A stretch of DNA of 64,000 nt, taken from an uncultured Clostridia bacterium. Lineage in GTDB: Bacteria > Bacillota > Clostridia > TANB77 > CAG-508. Of the stretch, positions 31,752-40,422 are shown one piece after another; within the stretch, counting starts at the first letter, position 1, and each line of letters begins with the position of its first letter. The translations under genes were made by a program, and so were the position numbers. Location of the stretch: positions 2,488 through 66,487 of the forward strand of contig CALXAP010000003.1 in assembly GCA_944386325.1 (NCBI GenBank), in the 5' to 3' direction. The notes beneath the pieces were generated by a model. It did not search any database and was not told the origin of the DNA. It saw only the letters and a list, made by a program, of their open reading frames with translations.

Positions 31752-32621
31752 ATGAGAAGAGATAATAGAATTAAAAATAATGAAAATTCTAAATCTATAT
31801 TGTATATAGGTTTATCAGTAGGTACAATTGTACTGCTTGTAATATTAGCTTTAGTATTTGTAAATACAAATAGTTCACAAAAGGAGGAAGATAGTAAACT
31901 GATTACTTCAAAAGTTACAGATTTAGTTCCAAATAATAATGTAATAGAAAATAATTCAAAAGAAACAAGTAGTGCTATTGGAAAAAATGTAACTGAATCT
32001 GAAAAAGCACTAAATGAACAAAATAGTTCAAATAATACAAATAGTAGTGTGTCAAATACAAATGCAATAAATACTACGAAAGAGCAAAACACAATTGCAA
32101 ATAATAATTCTACTAATAATACAAATACAAGTAAGACAAAAGAAACTACTAATGCTACAGAAAACAATATAAAAGATGAAAAAGAAGAGGTTAAAGAAGA
32201 AAAGGTTGAAGCCCCAATTTTTGTTAAACCTGTTGAAGGTGAAACTTTAAGAGAATATGCAAAAGATAAATTAGTATATTCAGAAACTTTAAAAGAATGG
32301 GTAACACATCCAGGGATAGATATAAAAGCTGAAAAAACTAGTGTTGTAAAATCAGCAGCAGATGGAAAAGTGGTATCAATAAAAAATGATCCAAGATATG
32401 GATTAACAGTAGTAATAGAACATCAGAATAATTTTAAAACAGTATATTCAAATTTATTAACAGCTGAATTTGTAACAGAAGGAGAAGAAATAAAAAGTGG
32501 ACAAACAATAGGAACAGTTGGAAATACTGCTATATTTGAAATATCAGATGAGCCGCATTTACATTTTGAAATATTAAAAGATAATGTGAATGTAGACCCT
32601 GGTATATATGTACAACAATAG
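31752..32621 (+). CDS. M23 family metallopeptidase, membrane-anchored, with an N/T-rich linker
   Basis: HPGIDI and HLHFEI motifs of the LytM domain. ATG at 31752 follows GAGGAGG. Confidence 0.85.
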   Translation: MRRDNRIKNNENSKSILYIGLSVGTIVLLVILALVFVNTNSSQKEEDSKLITSKVTDLVPNNNVIENNSKETSSAIGKNVTESEKALNEQNSSNNTNSSVSNTNAINTTKEQNTIANNNSTNNTNTSKTKETTNATENNIKDEKEEVKEEKVEAPIFVKPVEGETLREYAKDKLVYSETLKEWVTHPGIDIKAEKTSVVKSAADGKVVSIKNDPRYGLTVVIEHQNNFKTVYSNLLTAEFVTEGEEIKSGQTIGTVGNTAIFEISDEPHLHFEILKDNVNVDPGIYVQQ

Positions 32622-32642
32622 ATAAAGATGGAATAAATGCAT

Positions 32643-32678
32643 GGGTGAACAATGTTCGCCCGCTTTTCATCTTATTTT
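32643..32678 (+). terminator. GC-rich hairpin (B-family variant) plus T-rich tail, the likely terminator of the M23 gene
   Basis: GGGTGAACA-A-TGTTCGCCC followed by GCTTTTCATCTTATTTT. Confidence 0.5.
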
Positions 32679-32704
32679 ATTAGCTGTAAATTGTAACTAA
32701 TAAT

Positions 32705-32935
32705 GTTACAATTCACGGCTATATGATTTTGATATAATAATATTTCATAAATTTTTCGGCTCAATACGATATTTAAGAATTTGTAAAATAATTTAATGAG
32801 CCTCTTTCATTCAGGCTCAAAATCAAAGATTTTGCCCATGAACATTCCTCATTAAATTATATAACAAATTCTATAAACATCTCCAATCGCATTCAAAATT
32901 TATTCAATATTATTATATCAAATTCTTCATCTTGT
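32705..32935. repeat. palindromic intergenic repeat element A, full copy 1 (MITE-like; core 32728-32922)
   Basis: Terminal inverted repeats TTTGATATAATAATATTTCATAAATTTT / AAAATTTATTCAATATTATTATATCAAA. The whole element is an imperfect palindrome. No ORF. Confidence 0.85.
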
Positions 32936-32954
32936 TTTATAACATTAATAAATA

Positions 32955-32982
32955 AAACTCTTGTTTTTTAAAACTTTTGTTT
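32955..32982. promoter_or_regulatory. two tandem AAAC-N4-GTTT palindromes, candidate LexA operators
   Basis: AAACTCTTGTTT at 32955-32966 and AAACTTTTGTTT at 32971-32982. The second overlaps the -35 of the lexA promoter. Confidence 0.4.
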
Positions 32983-33009
32983 GACTTATTATTTTTTATA
33001 TGTTATACT
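32981..33009 (+). promoter_or_regulatory. sigma-A type promoter of lexA
   Basis: TTGACT, a 17-nt spacer, then TATACT. It lies about 45 nt upstream of the TTG start. Confidence 0.6.
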
Positions 33010-33052
33010 TTTGAAAAAATAAGTAAAAAAATAAGTGAAAGGATGAATTATT

Positions 33053-33709
33053 TTGAGAAAAAAGAAAAATAATGATAAAGTTGAACTAAATGATAGAGAA
33101 AAGGCTATTTTAAAATTTATTCAAAAACAAGTAAAATCAAATGGATATCCACCATCTGTAAGAGAAATAGGTAAAGCTGTTGGATTAAAATCTACAGCAA
33201 CTGTACATAGTTATTTAAGAAAATTAGAAGAAAAAGGGTTCATTAAAAAAGAACAACAAAAGGGTAGAACATTAAAATTATTAAAAGGTGGATTAGAGGA
33301 GAAAAATTCAGAAAAAGAAGTATACACAAGTAAAGAAATGGTTAATGTTCCGGTAGTTGGAAAGATAACTGCAGGAGCTCCTATTTTGGCAGTAGAAAAT
33401 ATAACAGATACTTTTCCTATACCAATAGATTTTGTGGGTAATAGTGAAAGCTTTATGCTTACAGTTAGAGGAGAAAGTATGATTGAAGCTGGAATTTTAG
33501 ATGGAGATTATATATTAGTAAGAAAACAAAATACAGCTGAAAATGGACAAATTGTAGTTGCTTTAATAGAAGATGAAGCAACAGTAAAAACATTTTATAA
33601 AGAAAAAGATCATATAAGATTACAACCAGAAAATAGTTCAATGAGTCCTATTATTGTAGATGATTGCAAAATTTTAGGCAGAGTAAGTGGTGTTTTCAGA
33701 AAAATATAG
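33053..33709 (+). CDS. lexA: LexA repressor
   Basis: Winged HTH ([34 protein letters not shown]), S24 peptidase Ser (VRGESM) and Lys (EATVKTF). Confidence 0.95.
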   Translation: MRKKKNNDKVELNDREKAILKFIQKQVKSNGYPPSVREIGKAVGLKSTATVHSYLRKLEEKGFIKKEQQKGRTLKLLKGGLEEKNSEKEVYTSKEMVNVPVVGKITAGAPILAVENITDTFPIPIDFVGNSESFMLTVRGESMIEAGILDGDYILVRKQNTAENGQIVVALIEDEATVKTFYKEKDHIRLQPENSSMSPIIVDDCKILGRVSGVFRKI

Positions 33710-33808
33710 AAGAATATATTGAAAATAATTCAATAATTTCAAATAGTATTAGAAATGTATTTCTAATTAATAATAAATTATAAAAAATGAAAATTAATTT
33801 TTATAAGA

Positions 33809-33853
33809 ACCATTAATAATTAAGGAAAACTTAAGAATTAATGGTATTTTTTT
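33809..33853 (+). terminator. rho-independent terminator after lexA
   Basis: ACCATTAAT..ATTAATGGT stem with an inner TTAAG/CTTAA extension, then a T-run. Confidence 0.8.
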
Positions 33854-33988
33854 ACCTAAAATACAAAAAACATTCACCAAAAATACATAAAACATGGATA
33901 AAATAATTACAACAATTAAGAAAGGAGTGGTTAAGAAAGATGTATTGTAAATTTGTAAAAAATTTATTATAGAAATGGTGGTGAATGG

Positions 33989-34219
33989 ATGAATATAAAA
34001 ATTATAGGTTCGAATTGTAGTAATGGCATGAAATTGTATAAAATGATTACAAGATTGTCAGATGAGATAAATCAAAATATAGAAGTAGAGAAATTAGATG
34101 ATAAAAAGTCATTAGATAAATATGGTGTAAAAAATATTCCTGGACTAGTTATAAATGATAAATTAGTTAGCCAAGGAAAAGTTTTAACGACAAGAGAAAT
34201 TTCAAAATATATTGCATAG
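33989..34219 (+). CDS. small thioredoxin-fold protein (MTH895/TM0996-like) with a single Cys in place of CxxC
   Basis: 76 aa with KIIGSNCSNG where the family has G.GC..C. KNIPGLVINDKLVSQGKV matches the cis-Pro loop region. Confidence 0.6.
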   Translation: MNIKIIGSNCSNGMKLYKMITRLSDEINQNIEVEKLDDKKSLDKYGVKNIPGLVINDKLVSQGKVLTTREISKYIA

Positions 34220-34393
34220 GAAATATAGAAAAATATTTTAATTTATATTTGAAAGAAAGGAGAGATGCGATATAAGTTGGTGATTAAATTATTTTAATTA
34301 ATATTAAAATTTATTAAATTATATATCCCCTTTTAAGTTATTTAAAACTTTTTAAAAACTTATATAAATGTTATATAAGTTCATATGAAAAAA

Positions 34394-34430
34394 AGAAATG
34401 TATAAAAATATTTGTACATTTCTTTTTTTT
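34394..34430 (+). terminator. rho-independent terminator
   Basis: AGAAATGTA / TACATTTCT stem followed by T8. Confidence 0.7.
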
Positions 34431-34448
34431 AAAATAAAGTATGTAAAA

Positions 34449-34665
34449 GTTACAATTCACGGGAAAAGAATTTGATATAATAATATTTCATAAATTTTTT
34501 GGCTCAATACGATATTTAAGAATTTGTAAAATAATTTAATGCGACTCTTTCATTCAGGCTCAAAATCAAAGATTTTGCCCATGAATATTCCTCATTAAAT
34601 TATATAACAAATTCTAAAAACATCTCCAATCGCATTCAAAATTTATTCTATATTATTATATCAAA
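34449..34665. repeat. palindromic intergenic repeat element A, full copy 2 (core 34471-34665)
   Basis: Same orientation as copy 1. I count 6 mismatches over the 195-nt core. Confidence 0.9.
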
Positions 34666-34689
34666 ATCTATTAAACATAATATATAAAA

Positions 34690-34759
34690 AATCTAATAAA
34701 ATAGCTGTAGGGGAAAGCAGTGTTCGCCCGACCTACAGAGATATTTCTCAAAAAATTTA
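34690..34759. repeat. B-family GC-rich hairpin module
   Basis: AATAAAATAGCTGTAGGGGAAAGCAGTGTTCGCCCGACCTACAG, with an outer stem CTGTAGG/CCTACAG and the tail AGATATTTCTCAAAAAATTT. Confidence 0.8.
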
Positions 34760-34816
34760 AGATATTAATTCTACTTCTAAATAGTTACCAATAAAAAAAT
34801 AAAGTATAAAATACTA

Positions 34817-34845
34817 TTGATTTTATAAAATAATAGTGTTATTAT
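34817..34845 (+). promoter_or_regulatory. sigma-A type promoter of the valS leader
   Basis: TTGATT, a 17-nt spacer, then TATTAT, immediately upstream of the T-box Stem I. Confidence 0.45.
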
Positions 34846-34850
34846 AAATA

Positions 34851-35102
34851 AGCGATTGTTAAAAACTGTGAAAAAGAGGAGTATGTTTACAAATTTAACA
34901 GGGAGAAAAGATCATCGACTGAAAGTCTTTTTTAAATAATGTAAACAGAAGGTAGCTTTGGAGTTGGTATATTGAAATAATAGTAGATATACTCGTATTA
35001 GTTGCGTTAAAACTATTGAGATATAAAATTAATATAATTTTATAAATAAGGTGGTACCGCGTTAATATAATGCCCTTATGCTTTTTAGCATAAGGGCTTT
35101 TT
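34851..35102 (+). promoter_or_regulatory. T-box riboswitch leader (Val specifier GUA) controlling valS
   Basis: Stem I has AGAGGAGUA on the 5' side. The upper stem is UGUUUAC / GUAAACA. The specifier loop is GAAG-GUA-G with GUA at 34952-34954. The T-box sequence AAGGTGGTACCGCG is at 35048-35061. The terminator GCCCTTATGC / GCATAAGGGC plus T5 is at 35072-35102. Confidence 0.9.
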
Positions 35103-35121
35103 GGTACAAGGGGAGGTTTAA

Positions 35122-37797
35122 ATGGAAAATAATTTAAGTGAAAAGTATAATCCAAAGGAATTTGAAGACAAAATTTATAAACATTGGGAGGAAAATGGTT
35201 TATTTAAACCAAGTATGGATAAAACAAAGGAGTCATATTGTATAATGATGCCTCCACCTAATGTTACAGGAAAATTGCATATGGGTCATGCATTAGATGG
35301 AACAATTCAAGATATATTGATTCGTTTTAAAAGAATGCAAGGATATAATACTTTATGGCTTCCTGGAATGGATCATGCATCTATTTCTACAGAAATGAAA
35401 GTTGTTCAAAAACTACAAAAAGAAGGAAAAACAAAAAAAGATTTAGGAAGAGAAAAATTTATTGAAGAAGCTTGGGATTGGACTCGTCTATATGGTGGAA
35501 CAATACAAAAACAACAAAGAAAATTAGGTTGTTCTTGTGATTGGGATAGATGTAGATTTACTTTAGATGAAAATTTATCTAAAGCTGTTGTAGAACAATT
35601 TGTTAATTTATATAATGAAGGTCTAATTTATAGAGGAAAAAGAATGGTTAATTGGTGTACTAATTGCAATACATCTATATCTGATGCTGAAGTTATATAT
35701 AAAGAAGAAGAGACATGTTTGTGGTATATACGTTATAAAATTTCTGGAACAAAAGATAGATATATTACAGTTGCAACAACAAGACCAGAAACTATGTTAG
35801 GAGATACTGCTGTAGCAGTTAATCCTGAAGATGATAGATACAAAGATTTAATAGGAAAAACTTGTATCTTACCTATTATGAATAAACAGATACCTATAAT
35901 TGCAGATAAGTTTGTAGAAAAAGAATTTGGAACAGGTTGTGTTAAAATAACTCCAGCACATGATATGAATGATTATCAAGCTGGATTGAGACATAATTTA
36001 GATATAATTGAGGTTTTTGATGAGAATTTTAAAATGGGCAATTTACATCCAGATTATAAAGGAATGGACTTATTAGATGCAAGAAAGAAGATTGTAGAAG
36101 AGTTAAAGAAAAATGGAAATTTAGTAAAAGAAGAAAAATATATACACAATGTAGGAAAATGTGAAAGATGTAAAAATACTATAGAGCCAAAAATTTCTAC
36201 ACAATGGTTTGTAAGTATGAAAGAATTAGCAAAACCTGCAACTGATATTGTAAGAAAAGATATAATTAAATTTATACCTAAGAAATATGAGAAAATATAT
36301 TTTAATTGGATGGATAATATTCAAGATTGGTGTATATCTAGACAGTTGTGGTGGGGACATCAAATACCAGCATATTACTGCAAAGAATGTAAACATATAA
36401 ATGTTGCAAAACAAAAGCCTGATAAGTGTGAAAAATGTGGAAGTACTAATTTATATCAAGATCCAGATACATTAGATACTTGGTTTAGTTCAGCATTATG
36501 GCCATTTTCTACACTTGGATGGCCTAATAAAGATGCAGAAGATTTAAAAACTTTTTATCCAACAAATGTATTAATAACAGGATATGATATTATATTTTTC
36601 TGGGTTGCTAGAATGATATTTTCTGGTTTAAAAGTAATGGGAGAAAAGCCTTTTAGTGATGTATTAATACATGGAATTGTGCGTGATAGCCAAGGAAGAA
36701 AAATGTCAAAAACTCTTGGAAATGGTATTGATCCAATAGAGGTCATAGATGAATATAGTGCAGATGCTTTAAGATTTTCATTACTTTCAGGAACAACAAT
36801 GGGAAATGATATAAGATATATGCCAGAAAAATTAGAACAAGCATCAAATTTTGCAAATAAAATTTGGAATGCGGCTAAATTTATTTTAATGAATAGGACT
36901 TCTAAAGAAGATATTTTGAACTTTAGAAAAGAAAATTATAATGATAAAAATAACAAATATAATGATAAAGCTTTAAATATTGAAGATAAATGGATTTTGA
37001 GTAAATTAAATAATTTGATAAAAGAAGTAACTAATAATATTGAACACTATGATGTTGGTGTTGCAATTGATAAAATTTATAATTTTATGTGGAATGAGTT
37101 TTGCGATTGGTATATAGAAATGGCAAAAATAAGATTATATTCAGATGATGAAAAATCAAAAATACAAGTATCATATGTTTTAAATGAAGTATTTATAAAT
37201 TGTCTAAAATTATTACATCCATTTATGCCTTTTGTTACAACAGAAATATATAATAAAATGATAACTTATGGAGAAGAGGAATTAATAATAAGCAAATGGC
37301 CAGAAGTGAAGGAGAATGATTATTCTTATGAAGAAAGATTAATAGAAAAAATTAAAAATATAATTGTAGAAATAAGAAATATAAGAAATACAAAAAATAT
37401 ACATCCAAGTAAAAAATCTGGTTTGATATTTGTTACAGAAAAATATGAAAACGAATTAAAACAATTAGAAAACATATTAATGAAATTTGGATTTGGTAAT
37501 AATATAAAAATATATTCAAAAAAAGAGAATTTACCAGATAGAGTAGTTAGTATATTAAACGAAGGAATAGATTTATATTTGCCTTTAGATGAGTTGATTA
37601 ATATAGAAGAAGAAAAGAAAAGATTAGAAACAGAAAAGAAAAAATTAGAAGCAGAAGTATCAAGATGCGAAAAAATGTTAGCAAATAAAGGATTTATATC
37701 TAAAGCACCAGCTAATAAAATAGAAGAAGAAAAGGAAAAATTAAAAAAATACAAAGAACTGCTTAATGCTACAGAAAAACAAATTAATACTTTATAA
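35122..37797 (+). CDS. valS: valine--tRNA ligase
   Basis: Motifs PPPNVTGKLHMGHAL and KMSKTLGN, a CP1 editing domain, and a C-terminal coiled coil. Confidence 0.97.
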   Translation: MENNLSEKYNPKEFEDKIYKHWEENGLFKPSMDKTKESYCIMMPPPNVTGKLHMGHALDGTIQDILIRFKRMQGYNTLWLPGMDHASISTEMKVVQKLQKEGKTKKDLGREKFIEEAWDWTRLYGGTIQKQQRKLGCSCDWDRCRFTLDENLSKAVVEQFVNLYNEGLIYRGKRMVNWCTNCNTSISDAEVIYKEEETCLWYIRYKISGTKDRYITVATTRPETMLGDTAVAVNPEDDRYKDLIGKTCILPIMNKQIPIIADKFVEKEFGTGCVKITPAHDMNDYQAGLRHNLDIIEVFDENFKMGNLHPDYKGMDLLDARKKIVEELKKNGNLVKEEKYIHNVGKCERCKNTIEPKISTQWFVSMKELAKPATDIVRKDIIKFIPKKYEKIYFNWMDNIQDWCISRQLWWGHQIPAYYCKECKHINVAKQKPDKCEKCGSTNLYQDPDTLDTWFSSALWPFSTLGWPNKDAEDLKTFYPTNVLITGYDIIFFWVARMIFSGLKVMGEKPFSDVLIHGIVRDSQGRKMSKTLGNGIDPIEVIDEYSADALRFSLLSGTTMGNDIRYMPEKLEQASNFANKIWNAAKFILMNRTSKEDILNFRKENYNDKNNKYNDKALNIEDKWILSKLNNLIKEVTNNIEHYDVGVAIDKIYNFMWNEFCDWYIEMAKIRLYSDDEKSKIQVSYVLNEVFINCLKLLHPFMPFVTTEIYNKMITYGEEELIISKWPEVKENDYSYEERLIEKIKNIIVEIRNIRNTKNIHPSKKSGLIFVTEKYENELKQLENILMKFGFGNNIKIYSKKENLPDRVVSILNEGIDLYLPLDELINIEEEKKRLETEKKKLEAEVSRCEKMLANKGFISKAPANKIEEEKEKLKKYKELLNATEKQINTL

Positions 37798-37800
37798 TGA

Positions 37801-37829
37801 TTGACATAATTCTATATAAGTGTTAGAAT
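37801..37829 (+). promoter_or_regulatory. near-consensus sigma-A promoter
   Basis: TTGACA, a 17-nt spacer, then TAGAAT. Confidence 0.6.
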
Positions 37830-37907
37830 ATTCACATAGTTTTTTTAAAAAATCCTCGTTTTGCAAATTAGAATATACTTTATGAAAAATTTTGGAGGAA
37901 AATAATT

Positions 37908-38321
37908 ATGTTTACAGAAATTTTTTTAATTACAGTTGTATGTTTAATATGTTTTATTGTTCATCAAATAAGAATATTAATACCAATTAATAGGTTCTTA
38001 AATCGGTCTTCTGCAGCAATTGATTTATCAATAATTGCCTGCTTTATTGGGAAAGAACAATTAATAAAAGAAGGGGTATTGCATAAAAATGGAAATACTA
38101 CAATAAAAGCAGATGTTTATACTATAGAAATAGGAAAAGATATTTCTGAAAAAGAAATGTTGATTAGAGTAGTAGAAATAATAAAAGATGCAATGAAATA
38201 TGCAGAAAAGGTCAAAGAGATGAAACATAGTGAAAACTATGAATTATTAATTTACTTAAAAAGAGAAATAATAATGCAGCTCTGGGAAAAACATGGAGTT
38301 AGGCCAATTGAATTAACATAA
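37908..38321 (+). CDS. hypothetical protein with an N-terminal TM helix
   Basis: GGAGG lies 8 nt upstream of the ATG. 137 aa. No recognisable motif. Confidence 0.6.
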   Translation: MFTEIFLITVVCLICFIVHQIRILIPINRFLNRSSAAIDLSIIACFIGKEQLIKEGVLHKNGNTTIKADVYTIEIGKDISEKEMLIRVVEIIKDAMKYAEKVKEMKHSENYELLIYLKREIIMQLWEKHGVRPIELT

Positions 38322-38335
38322 AGAGGTGGTTTAAA

Positions 38336-38569
38336 ATGGCTGTACTAGGGGTTATAGATATTGAAGAAATTAAACAGGTAAGAAAATTAATAGAAGAAGC
38401 ATATAAAAATAAAATAGGAGAAAGAAACATTCGGTGTATAACTCTTAAAAAATTAGAGAATATATGCAAAGATTATCCTATTAGAATATATATTTTTATA
38501 GATGATTATGGAAATGTATATACTGTTAAGAAATTTGCAACTGGGGAACTTAAATTAAAAATTATTTAA
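38336..38569 (+). CDS. small hypothetical soluble protein
   Basis: GAGGTGG RBS. 77 aa. Likely co-transcribed with 37908-38321. Confidence 0.55.
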   Translation: MAVLGVIDIEEIKQVRKLIEEAYKNKIGERNIRCITLKKLENICKDYPIRIYIFIDDYGNVYTVKKFATGELKLKII

Positions 38570-38576
38570 CAAAAAT

Positions 38577-38605
38577 TACTGTCAATAAATATTGACAGTA
38601 TTTTT
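38577..38605 (+). terminator. rho-independent terminator
   Basis: TACTGTCAAT / ATTGACAGTA stem followed by T5. Confidence 0.8.
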
Positions 38606-38703
38606 AAATTTTCATATTTCTTGCTAAAAAGTAATTGAAAGAACAATTTATATATGATATAGTATACAAATGAAATTTATACTATAGAAAAAAGGAGTAA
38701 ATT

Positions 38704-40407
38704 GTGGGAAAAGGTAGAAGAATAGAAGAGAAAAATGTAAGTAAAATTAAATTTATAAGGAATATAATAATTGTATTAATAGTTTTAGGGATAATAGCTT
38801 TTATATTGTGGATATCTCCAGATTATGCTGTGCCAAAACAAGAAGGAATAAGCTTAATTATAAATAATAGAAATGTAACAAGTAGTGAGAGGCTAAAACA
38901 AGATGTTATAATAGAAAATGGTATTATTTATTTATCTAAAGGCGATTTATCAAATTTCTTTGATAAATATTTATATTATGACCAAAAATATAATCAATAT
39001 ATAACTACTTCAGGAACAAAAGAAGCAAGTATAGTCATAGGTGAAAATAAGATGACTGTAAATGGAATAACTTCAAATATAAAGGGTACTATTATACAAA
39101 GAGGAGATGTTACATATTTTCCTATATCTGATATGAATGAAGTTTATGATATAGAAATAAAAAATATAAGTAACACAAATACAGTAACTATAGATTCATT
39201 AGATAGACAACAAATACAAGCACAGGTAAGTAAAAAAGTCTCTGTGAAATATAAAGCAAAATTTCTTTCTGCAACATTAGAAAAGTTGGAAGAAGGTGCA
39301 AATGTAATTGTTATTTCTGAAGATGAGAATTGGGCAAAAATAAGAACTGAAAACGGAACAATAGGATATGTAAAAGTAAAAGATTTAACAAATAAGAAAA
39401 CTGTAAGAGAAGATAAAAAAGAGATAGATCCATTAAATGGTCAAAAAGTTAGTTTAGTATGGGATTATTATTCAGAATATGCTAAAGCTCCAAATAGAAA
39501 TGGAACAACTATTAATGGAGTAAATGTTGTTTCACCTACATTTTTTGCTTTAGAACAGTTAGGACAAGGCAATATAATAGATAAAGTTGGACAAGAGGGA
39601 ATAGAATATATAAATTGGGCAAAACAAAATAATTATCAAATTTGGCCTATTGTATCAAATGAATCAAGAATAGAAACTACAAGTGAAGTGTTAAATGATT
39701 ACAAATTAAGACAAAAATTAATAAATAATATTATGGAATTAGTTGAAAAATATAATCTTGACGGAATAAACATGGATTTTGAAAATATGTATAAAGATGA
39801 TAAGGATATGTATTCTAGATTAATAATAGAATTATATCCAAGATTAAAAGAAAAAGGATTAAAATTATCTGTTGATGTAACTGCACCAGATGGTTCAGAA
39901 ACATGGTCTTTATGTTTTGATAGAAATGTAATTGCAGATAATTCAGATTATATAATTTTTATGGCTTATGATCAACATACAGCAAGTAGTACAGAAGCTG
40001 GAACAGTTGCAGGTTATAATTGGGTTAAGACTAATGTAGATAAATTTTTAGGACAAGAAGGAGTAGAAAAGGAAAAATTAATATTAGCTATACCTTTCTA
40101 TACAAGAGTTTGGACTGAAAATGCAAATGGTGAATTAATTGGGAAAAATGCAGAACCTATGAATGAAATATATTCAATTATACCAGCAAATGTAGAAAAA
40201 AAATGGGATGAAGATTTAAGACAATATTATGTTGAATTTGCAGATGGAGCAAATTTAAAGAAAATATGGATAGAAGATGAGGCTTCAATAAAGGAAAAAT
40301 TGTTATTAGCTAGAGATTATGATTTAGCAGGTGTAGCTTTCTGGGAGAAAGATAGAGAAACAGAAGAGGTATGGAATTTAGTAAATGAAATTATTTTCAA
40401 TAAGTAG
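38704..40407 (+). CDS. glycoside hydrolase family 18 protein, membrane-anchored, with an SH3-like domain (YaaH/SleL-type peptidoglycan hydrolase)
   Basis: GH18 catalytic motif LDGINMDFE. SH3-like WAKIRTENGTIGYVKVKDL. N-terminal TM helix. Confidence 0.8.
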   Translation: MGKGRRIEEKNVSKIKFIRNIIIVLIVLGIIAFILWISPDYAVPKQEGISLIINNRNVTSSERLKQDVIIENGIIYLSKGDLSNFFDKYLYYDQKYNQYITTSGTKEASIVIGENKMTVNGITSNIKGTIIQRGDVTYFPISDMNEVYDIEIKNISNTNTVTIDSLDRQQIQAQVSKKVSVKYKAKFLSATLEKLEEGANVIVISEDENWAKIRTENGTIGYVKVKDLTNKKTVREDKKEIDPLNGQKVSLVWDYYSEYAKAPNRNGTTINGVNVVSPTFFALEQLGQGNIIDKVGQEGIEYINWAKQNNYQIWPIVSNESRIETTSEVLNDYKLRQKLINNIMELVEKYNLDGINMDFENMYKDDKDMYSRLIIELYPRLKEKGLKLSVDVTAPDGSETWSLCFDRNVIADNSDYIIFMAYDQHTASSTEAGTVAGYNWVKTNVDKFLGQEGVEKEKLILAIPFYTRVWTENANGELIGKNAEPMNEIYSIIPANVEKKWDEDLRQYYVEFADGANLKKIWIEDEASIKEKLLLARDYDLAGVAFWEKDRETEEVWNLVNEIIFNK

Positions 40408-40422
40408 GAAGGGGTAATTTAT

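Noticed and set aside
34268-34300. A 10-codon ORF MRYKLVIKLF after AAGGAGAG.
   Set aside because: The ATG abuts the SD-like sequence with essentially no spacer. There is no supporting context.
34941-34943. A GTA triplet I first considered as the T-box specifier codon.
   Set aside because: It is part of GUAAACA, which pairs with UGUUUAC (34892-34898) in the upper Stem I helix. Counting back from the conserved purine at the 3' end of the specifier loop places the codon at GUA 34952-34954. A GGU (Gly) reading at 34950-34953 was also rejected for that reason.
34895-35155. An 86-aa minus-strand ORF upstream of valS.
   Set aside because: It overlaps the T-box leader (Stem I, T-box sequence, terminator) and the valS start. 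It has no RBS. The region is explained by the riboswitch.
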